64,000 bases of DNA, taken from positions 434,001 to 498,000 of the forward strand of contig MCFH01000011.1 of NCBI GenBank assembly GCA_002104945.1, given 5' to 3'. Below, piece after piece: positions 10,701 to 24,379 of this stretch (positions are counted from its first letter, which is position 1; each line of letters opens with the position of its first letter). A program made the position numbers and the translations under genes. The notes under the pieces are model-generated. The model worked only from the letters and a program-made list of their open reading frames with translations. It did no database searches and was not told where the DNA came from. Origin of the DNA: Piromyces finnis finn. Taxonomy: Eukaryota; Fungi; Neocallimastigomycota.

Positions 10701-13700
10701 TTCTTATAAATCAACAAGTTCTTAGCGCCCTTTCAAAAGAACATTTTCTAATATAGTATTCCTTAAAAAATTATAAATTAGATTATTAGTCTATCATGAA
10801 GTATAAAAAATAAAAGAAAAATATTTTAAGTACTTTTAAATTAGTCGGTAAACCCAAAAGATAAATATTATCATAAAATATTAGTAACTATAGGGAAGAA
10901 AAAGAAATAGACATAAAGTATTTGATAATATTTACAATTCAATATAAAATGATATTTTATTAATGAAAAGAAATTTTTTTTTTATACTTGAAATATATAT
11001 TATAAAAGACTTGATAATATTCTATAATATACTTTATATATATTAGAATTAATATTTCAAATGAATTATAGAATCACCTAAAAAAAGAAATTAAAAAACT
11101 ATTTACATATTAACATTTTATTAGTTAATATGAATTTAAAGTGCATCAAAAAAAAAAAAAATTTTTTTTTATTATTATATAAAAAAATGATTATTTTAAA
11201 TTCTTTTTAAAGATTCATTTGAATAAAATGTTGTTTTATATATATAATTATTAATATCTTTAGAGCATGATAATTCAATAAAAATTAAAAAGTAGTTAAC
11301 AACTAATTTTTTTTTTTAAAAAATAAACTTTACATTTAATAAAAGATATCAATATCATTTTACCATTTTAAATTCTTTTTTTTATAAGATTAAAAAGATT
11401 TTTTTAATATAACCTTTTTTATCATTCTATTAATTTTTGTATACTTTTTTTTTTTAATAAAAAAACAATATATTAATATTTTTTATTATTTGATTTTTGT
11501 AATATTATAATTAAAAGAAAAAGATAATATATTATATTAAATCCACAAAGTTATAATAGTTTAAATGGCTCATGACATATTTATTTTTAACTTTAATGAT
11601 TATTAATATTAAATATTGTGATATTCATAATTATGATTCTAAGCAATTTATTTTTAACAATTCATTTTTTATAATATTAATGAAAATTGAAGAGATCAAA
11701 CTATTACTAAAGAAATGGATTAAAAGGTAATTCAAGATTCATTAGGATATTAATCCTTATAATATTAATAATCATTTCTTATAATTTTTTTTCATGCATA
11801 GAAATGTATAGGAATGTATTAGGAATGAAATGCAAATCATATCAATTTTTTTTTTTTAAATGATTCATTTTTTCTCATACTAAAAAGGTATGCATCACTT
11901 ATTCAATTACTTTTTTTTTCTTTTCATTATTACGTAAAAAATGATAATGTTTTAATTTGTAATATTTGTAATAATATACATTTTAACTTTTCCATGATAC
12001 TTTTTATACTACTATAAAGTTGAATTAATATCTAAAATGATATTACTTTTTATATTTTAGTATTACTCTTATCATGTTTTTATTAATAATTTTCTTTTGA
12101 ACCGTCACCCTTTTTAATTTCATAGTAAAAATTTCTTAATTTTTTTTTTTTGGATCGTGACCTGTCTTTTGATTTTAAGATGCTTCTAAATATTACATTA
12201 TAATTGTAATATATGAAAATTTAATGCTATTTAATTTTTAACCAATAAAAATTCTTTAAAAAATAAACATTCATCCACTTTTTTATTCTATTAAATTATT
12301 ACTATATTTAGATAAAATTAAAAAAATAAATGAATAGATAAATCAATCTTTAAATAAATTAATATATTGAAAATAAATGAATAAATATATTATTAATTAA
12401 ATAAAATTTTAAATTAATAACAATACTATAATATATTGTTATATTACAATAATAAAAATATTATTAACAGCTACAGCAATAATAGTAATAACAATAATAA
12501 CATTGTTTTAATAAAGAAAGTAATAAATCAAATTAAATGATAAATAATAATGACTTTTTTTTTATTAAAGTTCATTATTATGAGTTATTAGGATGATTTT
12601 TTTATAATACAAAAAAAAACCAAGTCCTTTATCAAATAGGATTAAAGTAACATTATCAAAAAAGCTATATTATTATGTAATAGATAATAAAAAGTTTATT
12701 TTTTATTGTAATCAGATAAATGAAATCTATTAACATTTAATATTCTATTGAATAAAAAAAAACATCAACAAATTAAGCATAGTAAGTTTAATGGAATAGC
12801 CTAAAATTAGAATAATAATATTTATAATAATAATAATTATTAGCATTACTATTATTATTCCAATTCGTATTAATAATTGTTGATAATTTAAAGATTAAGA
12901 AATTAAGAATATCAAGGTTAATAAAAAAAAACTCTAAATATTAGGTTAATTTTTATTTTGTAGTTTTTTTTTTTTCCTTTTTTAAAATATGGATGAGGTG
13001 TACTTTTTGTTACATCTAAAAAACTTAATATTTAATTAAATGGATAAATAAATAATAAAATAAATAAATAATAAATTAGATTATTAATTAATTAATTAAA
13101 TTAAATGAATGAAATGTTATATAGTTAAATAAATATATGATAATTTTCATTAATTAAATCAATTAAATGTATGAAACATTATTTAATTAAATAAATTTAT
13201 TAATTAATTATATCGATGAAATGAATGAAATAGTATTTATTTAAATAATAGAGGAATAAAATAAATGAATAAATAAATATTTCTATAAATAAATTATTAA
13301 TAAAAATTTTATTTTCCATTTCATTTCTAATTCTTTACCAATGAAAAGCTTTCAATATATTATATATATTATTTAATTTAATTTTATATACAATAGAGTT
13401 TAATGAAATAAATTAAATTTAAATAAATTTATTCATTTCCATTTTCTTTTGTTTTAAATGTGAAATGACAAAGGAACCATTAAAATGTTTTTATATTGAA
13501 ATATATTGTATAATAAATAATAAATATTTAAATTACATAGAATCACAATTGAATCATAATATATATTAAAAAAGAATTGATTTAAAAAAGTGAAAATAAA
13601 TAAATAAAAAAAACTTTTCAAAGGTAGTAAAGAAAAAGTAGCCTTTTTTTTTTTTTTATATATATATCTATATTTTAGCTTTACGTTTAGTAATTCTACA

Positions 13701-16700
13701 AATCATTCTGTTATTCCTATTTAAACATGATAGAGATTTTGTAAATATTTAAATAAAAGAATTCATTTATTATTTTAAATGAAAAAATAGTTTTACAACT
13801 CAGATTTTTTTTAAAAAAATTTTTACAACTCTACGCTTACTGATGGCTAAAAGACGGAATAAAAACTATTTTTTTTCTTAAATAAAAAAAGATTTTAGTG
13901 GCAATTTCATGCTTTTTTTTTTTTTTTTAAATTAATATAATTGTTTTTTTTCTTTTCTATTCGAACAGTAAAATGAATTGGAATATAGGAATATCCTATT
14001 TTAAATAGCTTTTAATTTTAAACAAGTTTTTAATTGAATCAGCAATTCCTTTGTCTTTCTTTTTGAATTTTTAAAGAAGAAAAAACCCACTACCTACCTA
14101 CTTTAAAATGACCTTTAACCTGTCATTCTATTCTTTTCAATTTAAAATATATAATGTATACATTTATATTTACGTTGTATTTAATTTAAACTCTGTTTTC
14201 TTTATCCTTCTACAAATTAAAAATAAATTAAAATTTTAGTTCTTTTTATATTAAATTCTAAGGGGAATAACTATAAATGGAAATATGTCTTATTATCATG
14301 TTATTTGAAACATTATTGTAACTTTAATGTAACAAAATGTAATAAAAATATAATCAAATCATAGACATTGTTTGTAAAAGGGATGGTGGAATTTCTGGTA
14401 AAATCGTTTTTCAATAACTTGAGCTATGTATATATATTATTCATTAGGTATAATTAGCAAAAGACTTTTTTTTTATTATTATTAACAACTTATTTCTAAT
14501 ATTCTTCCTATATACTATATTACCAATGACAGGTTAATTGAAAATGTTTAAAAAAATATTTATTACTAAGAAGGATCTGTCAATTTTTAACCATCCTTTT
14601 TTTTTTTATTTATTTATTCCAATAGGAGGGGTTGAATGAATTCCCAATTTTCAATTTATTTTTTTTTAAAAAAAGAACCCAAAATTCGTAAACTTTTTTT
14701 TTTTTATGATAATATTATTATTTTAACAAATTTCTTTTGCTAAAGGTAACACTTTTTATCTATTGATTTTAGTGTCATTTTTTATCTTTACTTTTTATGA
14801 TCAATAACGAGAGTCATTAATTCCTTAATCCTTTATAGTGGAATAAATAGAATAAACATTTTTCCTTTGCCTTTCCTTAGCCTACTTCATAAAAACTTTT
14901 ACCAATTTTTGCTTCTTTTTTTTTTTTATTATTTACTATTTTTAATATAATTTTTGAACAAATTGTAGAAATATTATTGGTGTGTAACCTTTATTGAAAA
15001 ACGTTTTGAACTTTAAAAAAAAACAAATAATTTCTATTTATTTATTAAAATACAAACAAGTCCATTGTTAATATATTAAACAATATATTAATTAATTTTT
15101 ACTGATTCGTTTTTTATAACAATAGTTTTAAAGTTTAATACTTGATTTTTTTAATATAAAATTTTTTAATATATGATATAATAAACTAATATTAAATCTA
15201 TAATATATTGGTTTAGTATTATCAATGGTGTAGTAAACTTTAATACTATTTATTATAATAAATTATAATATATTATATTCTTTATTTAGTTGTGTATATA
15301 ATATATAATATTATATTATTTTATATATTTATTATTCAATTTATTAATTTTTTTTACTGTATATGAATAAAAAATGATAATAATATATTATTAAATAAAC
15401 AAAAGAATATATTGATAGATTATATATATTAATATATTAACTTTGTATAATTTATTAAAAATTAACTTTTTTTAACATTTAAATTAATTTTATTTCCTAA
15501 TTTATATAAAATAATTATTTTTTCGTTTTTTTTTTAAAATTTTTTTTATTTTTTTCAATATAATTGATATATATATTACAGTACATTCAAAGCATTAAAT
15601 TATGAATTAGTTTAATATTTATTGATATATTCTACAGTAAATTATAATATATTACTATAATATATGATAAAAGGTAATTTTTTTTAATAGTTTATACCAG
15701 AAAGGAAAAAAAAAGTGGTGGTTGTTGTTAGTCATTTTATAAGTAAATAATAAATACCATCAGCTACAATTACGTTACAATTACAGTTACGTTATTTATT
15801 TTTTTTTTAAAAAAAAAAAGTACAGGAGAAGGCACAATAGTAATATTATTTGCACAATAGTAATATTATTTCCAAAAAAAAAAAAAGAAAAACAGATATA
15901 GATATAATTAAATATTATGTAATAAGTGATAACTAGAGATAAAACTATAATAATATTATCTATATAATAATATCTATATTTCAAAAGCAATAGTATTACA
16001 ATACAATGATATGTGATAATACTTTTTTTATATCATCATAGTTATTATATTAGTAATAATAGCATGGATAGAATAAAAATGGTGCCTATTTTTTTAAGCA
16101 TTCTTTATATGTTTAAATGCGGTGAAAAAAATTTTTTTATATACAAATTTATTAATAACAATTGGATGACGTAAGATAAAAAAAAAACTTTTTTTGCACG
16201 TTTTTTTTAAAAAAAATAAACAGTATAAAAACTCCTTTTTCTTTCTTTCTTTTTTTTTTTAATATTTAAAAAAAACATAGAAAAATAATAATTATATAAA
16301 ATAAAAGTGAAACCTAAACAAAGAAAAAAAAAACAAATCAAACCAAATAAAAAAGAAAAGAAAAAAAAATCAATACAATTCAATATTAATTATATAAAAT
16401 ATTTAAAAAAAAAAAATATTATTAGAGCTAAGTTTTAAAATATATAAAAGTGTCTTTTAATATTTTAACAATAATAAAAAATAATATATATATAAAATAA
16501 AAATAATAAATCTTAAAAACAACAACTACAACACACCAAAAAAAAAAAATAATAATATAATATGAAATAATATGAAATAATAGGGCTATTTCATATATTT
16601 TATAATATATATATTTTTGATAAACTAAAAATATAAAATAAAAAAAAAAGAAAAAGAAATACTATTATTTTTAATAAAATTCAATATAATTAATGTTTCT

Positions 16701-17880
16701 ATTATTTATTTATATTATAAAAGAGTTAAAAAACCCAACGTTTCTCTTTTTAGCATCTTTTTGAAAAAGGTAAAAAAAAAAAGTTTTTTTTTTAATACTG
16801 GTGATGATTGTGGTGGTGAAAGAAAAAAGAAAAGCATCAAAAATTTTTAATATTTAAAAGTTTAATTTTTTTTGATATCAAAAAAATAAAAAATCTTTTC
16901 GTACGATACGATCGAAAAAAACAATTAAAACTTTATATAAAATAGCAAAAATTGTATTCAAAAATTTTTTTATAGTTTACTTTTTTATTTATTTATTTTT
17001 TTTCTCAACAGAGAAATAGAATAATAAAAAAAAAAACAATGCTTTTATTTGAATAATAATAATAATGATAATAATATCAACAACAATAAACTATACAATA
17101 AATATCATAATCTATTTAAAATATCAATACTTTTTTTTATTTGTAAAAAACTAAAGAGAAATAAATATAATATAGGAAAGCATTGTTTAATTCAATGGAA
17201 AAGAAAAAGTTTTAATTTTTATAAATAATACAAAACAATTTATTAATCTATATATTTATCAATATATATTCTTTTAAAATCATATTTTATTTAATATTAA
17301 TAAAAGTTAGTATATTAACTTTTGATTTTCAAAATAAATTGTTTTTTTTTTAAAAAAAAATAAAAAAATCTATTAAAAAAACTCTTTTTTTTTTTGATAA
17401 GAAGACATTAAATATTAATTTTTTTTTATTTTATTTATTAATATATATTTTTTATAGGAAAAAAAAAGTGTTATTTCAAACGATAATCGTTAATCAAACC
17501 ATATATAATTTATAAACAATACTTTTTTTTTCTTTCTTTCACATATTCATATAAATAAATATTTAATCAGTAATAGTAAAACTAAATACAATCAAAAATA
17601 TTTTTTATTGCAATATTAATTAAAAATTAGAATTTTTGTGGTTTCACTATAAAATATTAAAATAATAGTAATAAAATATAACAATAATTAAAAATAATTA
17701 ATAGAATATAGTAATATATTAATATTTACCAATATTGAATAAATAAATATTAAGAATTAATTTAAAGTTTAAAGCAACAATTCTTTTGTGTAACAAAAAG
17801 AAAAGAATTAAATTAGAAGAAGAAAAAAAAAAACTTTTATATAACAAGAAGGGAAAAGTTTATTTTTATAAACAATAGTT

Positions 17881-19860
17881 ATGGCATCTATTGTTACAAA
17901 AGTTAATAAAAAATCAAATTCCATTACATCTTCAACTGTTCCCAATCCTACTATAAAAGACAAAAATTTATCAAAACCAAAAAGAACTGCCTCAACTAAT
18001 CTCGTAAGTAGTATATAAATAATACTATAAAAAAATATGGCTAAATTATTAATAATTTATTTTTACTTTAAAAATATTATAAATTATTATTATTAAATTA
18101 TTTTTATTTTAAAAATATTATTATTTATTATTATTAATTTATTTTTTTTAATTATTTTTTTTTAAAAAAAAAAAAAGAATTTTGAAAATGAATTAAAGTT
18201 AAATAAAAACGTTAAATCATTGTGCTTAAATATATCTACTAAATCTTTAATTCAATCAACTAGTTCTTCACATCAAAGTATTAATAGTTTATTTAAATTT
18301 AATTCCCCAACTACACCTACTTTTGTAAATAGTCCTACCTCTAAAAAAAGTAATTTCAAATTTTATCATCCAAACGATATTTCTACTAGTAGTGACGAAT
18401 CAGACTCTGAAAATTTAAAAGTTACAAAAAATAAAATAGATTCAGTACAAACAATAACTCCTCCAACTTCACCATTACCTTCCAATCCTACTTCACCTAT
18501 AAGTAGCAATAAATCAAACCTTAATTTAAACATTAATTTATTACTAAAAGATATTTCAGCTTTTAATTTCAAATACAAAAATAAACCAAATTTTGATAAT
18601 CCGGATTTGACGGTTCAACCCACTTCTAGTAATATAAATTGTGTTGATCAATTATTAAATTTAATTAAAAATAAACCCATTCATAAAATGGATAGTAGTA
18701 CAGAAACTTTAGTTAATTCCTCTACTGAATCTATTGATTCCCTCGATTCCAGTATTGAAGACTTAAAGAAATTAAAACTTTCATCACCCACTCCACCACC
18801 AACAACAAAATTACCAGATTTACCACCACCTTCAAGACCCGCTCCAAAATACCTTCCACCACCACCACCGCTAGAAAAAAAGGATATTAACCTTAGTTCA
18901 TTTGATATCATAAAAACTATTGGTACCGGAAGCTTTGGAAGAGTTCATTTAGTAAGATCTCGTGTGAATAAAAAATATTATGCAATGAAAGCTATACTAA
19001 AGGGTCATATTGCTAAGGAACAGCAAATAGAACATATTCAAGCAGAAAAACGAATCTTGAGTCAATTACGTCACCCTCTATTTATTCAACTTTCAGGTAC
19101 CTTCCAAACAAGAACCCATCTATTTATTATTACTAATTATGTTGCTGGAGGCGAGCTTTTTGCTGTTCTCAAGAAAAAGACAAGATTTGTCAATAATATT
19201 GCAAAATTTTATGCTGCTGAAGTTATCGTCGCTTTGGAATACCTTCACTCAAAAGATATTATCTATCGTGATTTAAAACCTGAAAATATTATGTTGGATG
19301 TCACTGGCCATATAAAATTAGTAGATCTTGGTTTTGCCAAATATGTACCTGATGTTACCTATACCCTTTGTGGCACACCTGAATATATGGCACCAGAAGT
19401 CATTCTTTCTAAAGCCTATGGCAAAACAGTAGATTGGTATGCTTTAGGTATTTTAATTTATGAAATGCTTTGTGGTTACCCACCATTCTATGATCAAGAT
19501 CAACTTCAACTTTATAAAAAAATTTTAAATGGTAAAATTTATTGGCCATCCTATATCACAGAAGAAGCAAAAGATCTTATTCAACATTTAATTACTCCAG
19601 ATCTTACACAACGTTTTGGAAATTTAAAGGATGGTGCCGATGATATTAAAAATCATCCATGGTTTGCTGGTGTCGTATGGTCCAAGGTAGAAAAATTAGA
19701 AATTGCTCCACCTTTTATTCCAGAAATATTTAATGAAGGAGATACACGTCATTTCCAAAGATATTCTGAACCATGTAATAAAGAATATTATATATCACAA
19801 GATCATGAAGCACTTTTAGATAGTGCAAATGATTATTTGGAATACTTTAAAGATTTCTAA
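17881..19860 (+). CDS. pkaC: cAMP-dependent protein kinase catalytic subunit (AGC kinase), join(17881..18003,18178..19860), about 601 aa
   Basis: IGTGSFGRV, YRDLKPEN, DLGFAK, TYTLCGTPEYMAPEV, GDTRHF and terminal YFKDF (FxxF-type) motif. An upstream exon MASIVTK...STNL ends at GTAAGT (18004); the acceptor AG at 18177 keeps the frame. Confidence 0.9.
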
Positions 19861-20587
19861 AAGAAAAAAGGGTTAGACTATTCATTTCAATATTTGATTA
19901 CCCAACCTTCTTTTATATATATAAAAAAAAAAAAGATTTAAGGGCAGTTATAGTCAAAAGAAACAAAATAAGTAATTAATAATTAATTAAATTTATCAAC
20001 AAAAAATTTATTCTTTTATTATAACTCTTCTTTTGTAAGAAACACGGAAAACAAGCCAACAAAAAAAGTGATCTAACCTATCAAATCAAATCATTACTAT
20101 TTCTAAACAAAGTCAACAACAACAACAATATCAAAATATTCCTAGATTTATAATATTTGCAAAGGAATAAAAAAAAAATATAATAATAAATAAATAGGAT
20201 TATTTATTTTTTAAAAAAGAAAAAGAATTTTTTTTTTTTTAAATTTATTTAAAATAAAATATATATAAATATATAAACCTTTTTAATTTTTTATTAATCT
20301 ATTTTCGTATGAAATTTTACATCTATTATTTTTTTTTTTTTTCAATTTATTATTTAATAAAAAGAAATAATTATTATTATTTAATAACAATATTTCTTTA
20401 TCGTTTTATTCTTTTATCTATTTTATTTATTCCCTCTTAATTACCCTCTAAACTTTTTAATATTTATATATTTATATATATTTTTTATAAAAAGAGAATA
20501 TATTTTTCTTTTGTATTACACACAAATTCATCATAATAAATTAATAATAAAAAGTCACTTTTAAAAAAAAAAATTATATTATACATA

Positions 20588-20619
<32 letters not shown>

Positions 20620-22080
20620 TAACCATAATAAAAAGTGTTCTTTTCCTATTTTTTTTTTTTTTTCTTTCTCTTTCTTTCCTAATATTATCATTATGATAAT
20701 ATAAAACATAAGGAGAATTTTAATATTAATTTGTATGACTTTTCATTTATAAAAGAAAAGTCATATAATTTAATAGTTTATACGAATAGTTATTCAGATG
20801 ATATTAAGGATATCATACCTTTACTTGTAAGCATACCTGACATAATTAAACGTATGGACGTTATGCCAGTATAATAAAAGAATATTCTTAATATTCTGTA
20901 CATAGGGTCTTATAATAATAATAATTCAAGGAAAAGAAATCAAGGACTTATGGGAAAAGTTTAATGAACACTACATTGAACATTACTTTTTTTTTTATAT
21001 TTTTTAGAAAAAATTTTATAAAGAATAGAACACTTTTGATTTTCGTAGTATATATCCATCTTTTTTTTTCATTTCAAACCAAGACATATATTGTAAATTT
21101 TGAGAATAAGAATAAGAATAATTTTATTATTTAAATTTAATTAGAATTTTCATATAAATAAGTAATTGTTTTTAATATATAAAAAGTTCCTTATTTAAGC
21201 TAAAAAAAAAAAAAGATATACAAAGAAAAAGAAAATATTTTTGTATGAGCCATAGAGTATTATCATTATTGATTGTCATTTTTTTTTTTTTAATAAAATT
21301 TATTCATTAATACTATTAATCAATAGGTTTAAACGGCCGTATCATAACCTTATTAATGATTCTATAGACTATCCTATCTATACTATTGAGAATTGAATAT
21401 GATTATATTCAATGTTTTACCCTAATTAATGAGTAACTTTATTGACTAGAATATATTATAATAATTTAAAACCCTTAATATATTATTGTTTTTTTTTTTA
21501 AATAAAAAGACTTAATTCATTTAAAATGATAATAAATCATTTTTTTAAAGAAATGCATTTAATAAGAATGAGAAATTAAAAAAAAAAAAAAACCTACTTT
21601 TAATATTAACTAGGAATTTCATAATGTCACATTTTTTTCTATCCTTTTTAATATAAAAAAAAAATTATATCTTTTGTTAATTTAATCTTTTTAATACAAT
21701 ATTAATAAATTACTATAATAAAGTAAATATTAAAAAACCTAAAATTCTAACAAAAATAATATATTAATATATTAAATTTAATAAAGAACAGCAAATAAAA
21801 AACAAGATGAAAACCTTTGCTTTCCTATAAAATGAAAGAAAAAAAAAAAATATTTTTTTCTTTGAAAAAAAAAAAAATAAAAAACAAAACCAAAACAAAA
21901 AAACGAACAATTAAAAAAAAAAAGTATAACATATTTTATATATAAAAGAAATATAATTATTTAAAATAAAAATAAATATATTTTTTAAATAATAATAAAA
22001 ACTATAGTAATTTAAAAATAATTAAAATAAAAAAATTTATATCTTATAGAAAAAACGAAAACAAATTAATTAAAAACAAA

Positions 22081-23955
22081 ATGGAATTTGAAGAATTCAA
22101 GAGTAATTTTCTTTGTAAAATTTCAAAGGGAAAAGAATCTTCTCTCAAGTACATTGAAAAAAATAAAAAAGTTGTTATGGACTTTTTGAGTAAAGAAAAA
22201 TATGTTCTTGATATTGTTAATAATTTGAATGATATTATCTTAGTATCTAAAAAATTTAGTATCTTTGAAAAAGTATTATCTCATCCTTTATTAGAAGCCG
22301 TAGAAAAGGAATTTAGAGAAAGTAATATTTTAATCCGTGCTTTTAAATCTGATTCCAAAGATAAAGAAAAAATTATTGAATGGCTTTTGAAAAAAACTAA
22401 TATCAATCCTAGTATAAGAGATGAAAACGGCTGTACAGCACTAATGTTTGCTGTTCAAGTTCAACGTATAAACTCCAATATAGAATGTTTATTACAGAAT
22501 GGTTCTAAATATGTTAATTTAGAAGATTATAATGGTAATACAGCTCTTTTCTACGCAACGGAATCTATTGTGATTTTTCAAAAGTTAATTGATCAAGGTG
22601 CAGATTACAACCATTTGAATAAAGTTGGAGAAACTGTATTAATGTATACTTGTAGAAAAAACAAGCTTAGAATATTTGAATATGTATTAAAAATCCCTGA
22701 TTTCAATGTAAATCAATATGATTACAATGGAAAAAACTTGCCAATGGTTTTAGTTGAATGTAGTCTTTGTAAAGAATTAAAAACCTTTTTTAAATGCCGT
22801 AGTGATTTTGACATCAATTTTGTCAGTAAATCCAATGAATCCTTGGTAAGTCACTTCATAAACCAATATATCTCAGAATTAAAAGAAAAGGAAAATTTTT
22901 TAATTGAAAAATATTATAAAGTTATCCAAAAATATGGATTAATGATGGAGACTCTTGTTGAATTAGGATGTAACTTTAATGCTATCATTGATGGTGACGG
23001 TAATACACCAATAATGTTTTTCATATTGATCGAAGATTATGTTTCTGCCTACTATCTTCTTAAGAAATGTCCTAAATTAGATATTTCTATAAAAAATAAG
23101 TATAATGTGAACGCAAGTTACATGGCCTTCTTTATTAATGAAGATTATTTTAAAAGTCGTCCAAAATTCCCATTAACCTATGGCTTATTTTTGAAAGTTT
23201 TCTTGGAACACCCAACATTTGATCATTCCTATTTAGACGAAAATAAAAATTCACTTTTAAATTATTGTATATTAAAAAATGAAAATGATGTGAATAGTTT
23301 TTTAAGGACTATGAATGATGAAACGGTAGGTCAAATGAACAATAAAAAAGAGACCTCCTTAATAATAGCGTCAAAATTAGGTAAAGGTTCTATTGTTAAA
23401 CAGCTTTTAGATAATCCTTATGTGAGAAAGAATATCAATCATACAGATTCCTATGAAAATACAGCCTTATTTTATGCCGTTCAATTAAGAGATCAAGAAA
23501 TCATTAAGTTATTATTGAAAAATGGTGCTAACCCCTACATTACAAATAGTGATGGAATTACCATCCTTGAAACCGCCAAAATGATGAATGCCTTTAATAT
23601 TGTAGAATTAATTGAAAAGAATTTTGCCGTCAATAATTCTAAAGAAAAAGTATACTCAGATAAAAAGGTGGAGGAGAATAAGAAGCTTGATGTTAAATTA
23701 GATAATCAAATTAGGTATTATCGTATTAATCAATATCAAAAAGAATATGATAGCCTTTTAAAATATGATTTTATTTCTTGTTATCAACCTTCTTGTTATA
23801 ATCATTTAATTCAACAATGGTTATACATTGTAATGTTTGCACCTAAAGATAATTCAGAACTTCGTACCTTTATTAATGATATGAATAAATTAGATAATAT
23901 CTTAAATAGATATATAGCTGAAAATGTTTTGGTTTCACTCTTTGATCTTCTTTGA
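22081..23955 (+). CDS. Intronless ankyrin-repeat protein, 624 aa
   Basis: Repeated ankyrin motifs GCTALMFAV, GNTALFYA, GETVLMYTC, GNTPIMF, ETSLIIASKLG, ENTALFYAV, GANPYITNSDGITIL. Confidence 0.9.
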   Translation: MEFEEFKSNFLCKISKGKESSLKYIEKNKKVVMDFLSKEKYVLDIVNNLNDIILVSKKFSIFEKVLSHPLLEAVEKEFRESNILIRAFKSDSKDKEKIIEWLLKKTNINPSIRDENGCTALMFAVQVQRINSNIECLLQNGSKYVNLEDYNGNTALFYATESIVIFQKLIDQGADYNHLNKVGETVLMYTCRKNKLRIFEYVLKIPDFNVNQYDYNGKNLPMVLVECSLCKELKTFFKCRSDFDINFVSKSNESLVSHFINQYISELKEKENFLIEKYYKVIQKYGLMMETLVELGCNFNAIIDGDGNTPIMFFILIEDYVSAYYLLKKCPKLDISIKNKYNVNASYMAFFINEDYFKSRPKFPLTYGLFLKVFLEHPTFDHSYLDENKNSLLNYCILKNENDVNSFLRTMNDETVGQMNNKKETSLIIASKLGKGSIVKQLLDNPYVRKNINHTDSYENTALFYAVQLRDQEIIKLLLKNGANPYITNSDGITILETAKMMNAFNIVELIEKNFAVNNSKEKVYSDKKVEENKKLDVKLDNQIRYYRINQYQKEYDSLLKYDFISCYQPSCYNHLIQQWLYIVMFAPKDNSELRTFINDMNKLDNILNRYIAENVLVSLFDLL

Positions 23956-24180
23956 TGCATTTTAATGATATAGATATCTTAGATGACTCTATTTTTGCAA
24001 CTTTAGTTGGATATGAAATAGTGGCTTCAGATAAGTATCATTTATATTTATTATATATATATTTTTTTTTACCTACATTTTATGTTCACACACTCCTTCA
24101 TCCTATTGAAGTCAAAATAAAAATAAAAATAAAAAAAATAAATTTATAAAATATTTAATCATTCCTAATTTTTTTTTTTT

Positions 24181-24306
24181 TTTTTTTAAAATCTATTAAG
24201 ATATTGTTTTTATTTAATTAGTATATATATATTCTTTGTATTTTTTTAAAATCTATTAAGATATTGTTTTTATTTAATTAGTATATATATATATATATTC
24301 TTTGTA
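24181..24306. repeat. Tandem duplication, about 60-bp unit x2
   Basis: tttttttaaaatctattaagatattgtttttatttaattagtatatatatattctttgta is repeated; the second copy has a longer (AT)n. Confidence 0.85.
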
Positions 24307-24379
24307 TTTAAATTGTTTGCCTAATTATAAATAATTAGTAGTAGTAGTAGTAGTAATATATAATAATAATTAATTGATT

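Noticed and set aside
15796-15990. AT-rich ORFs here and at 20485-20709, 23952-24149, 26256-26441, 39532-39723, 40367-40585
   Set aside because: Low-complexity translations that overlap introns or intergenic homopolymers.
20790-20842. C/D-box-like (ATGAT...CTGA) and U5-loop-like (ACCTTTTAC) motifs
   Set aside because: Too short, box C is imperfect, and the U5 loop lacks the invariant G and a flanking stem.
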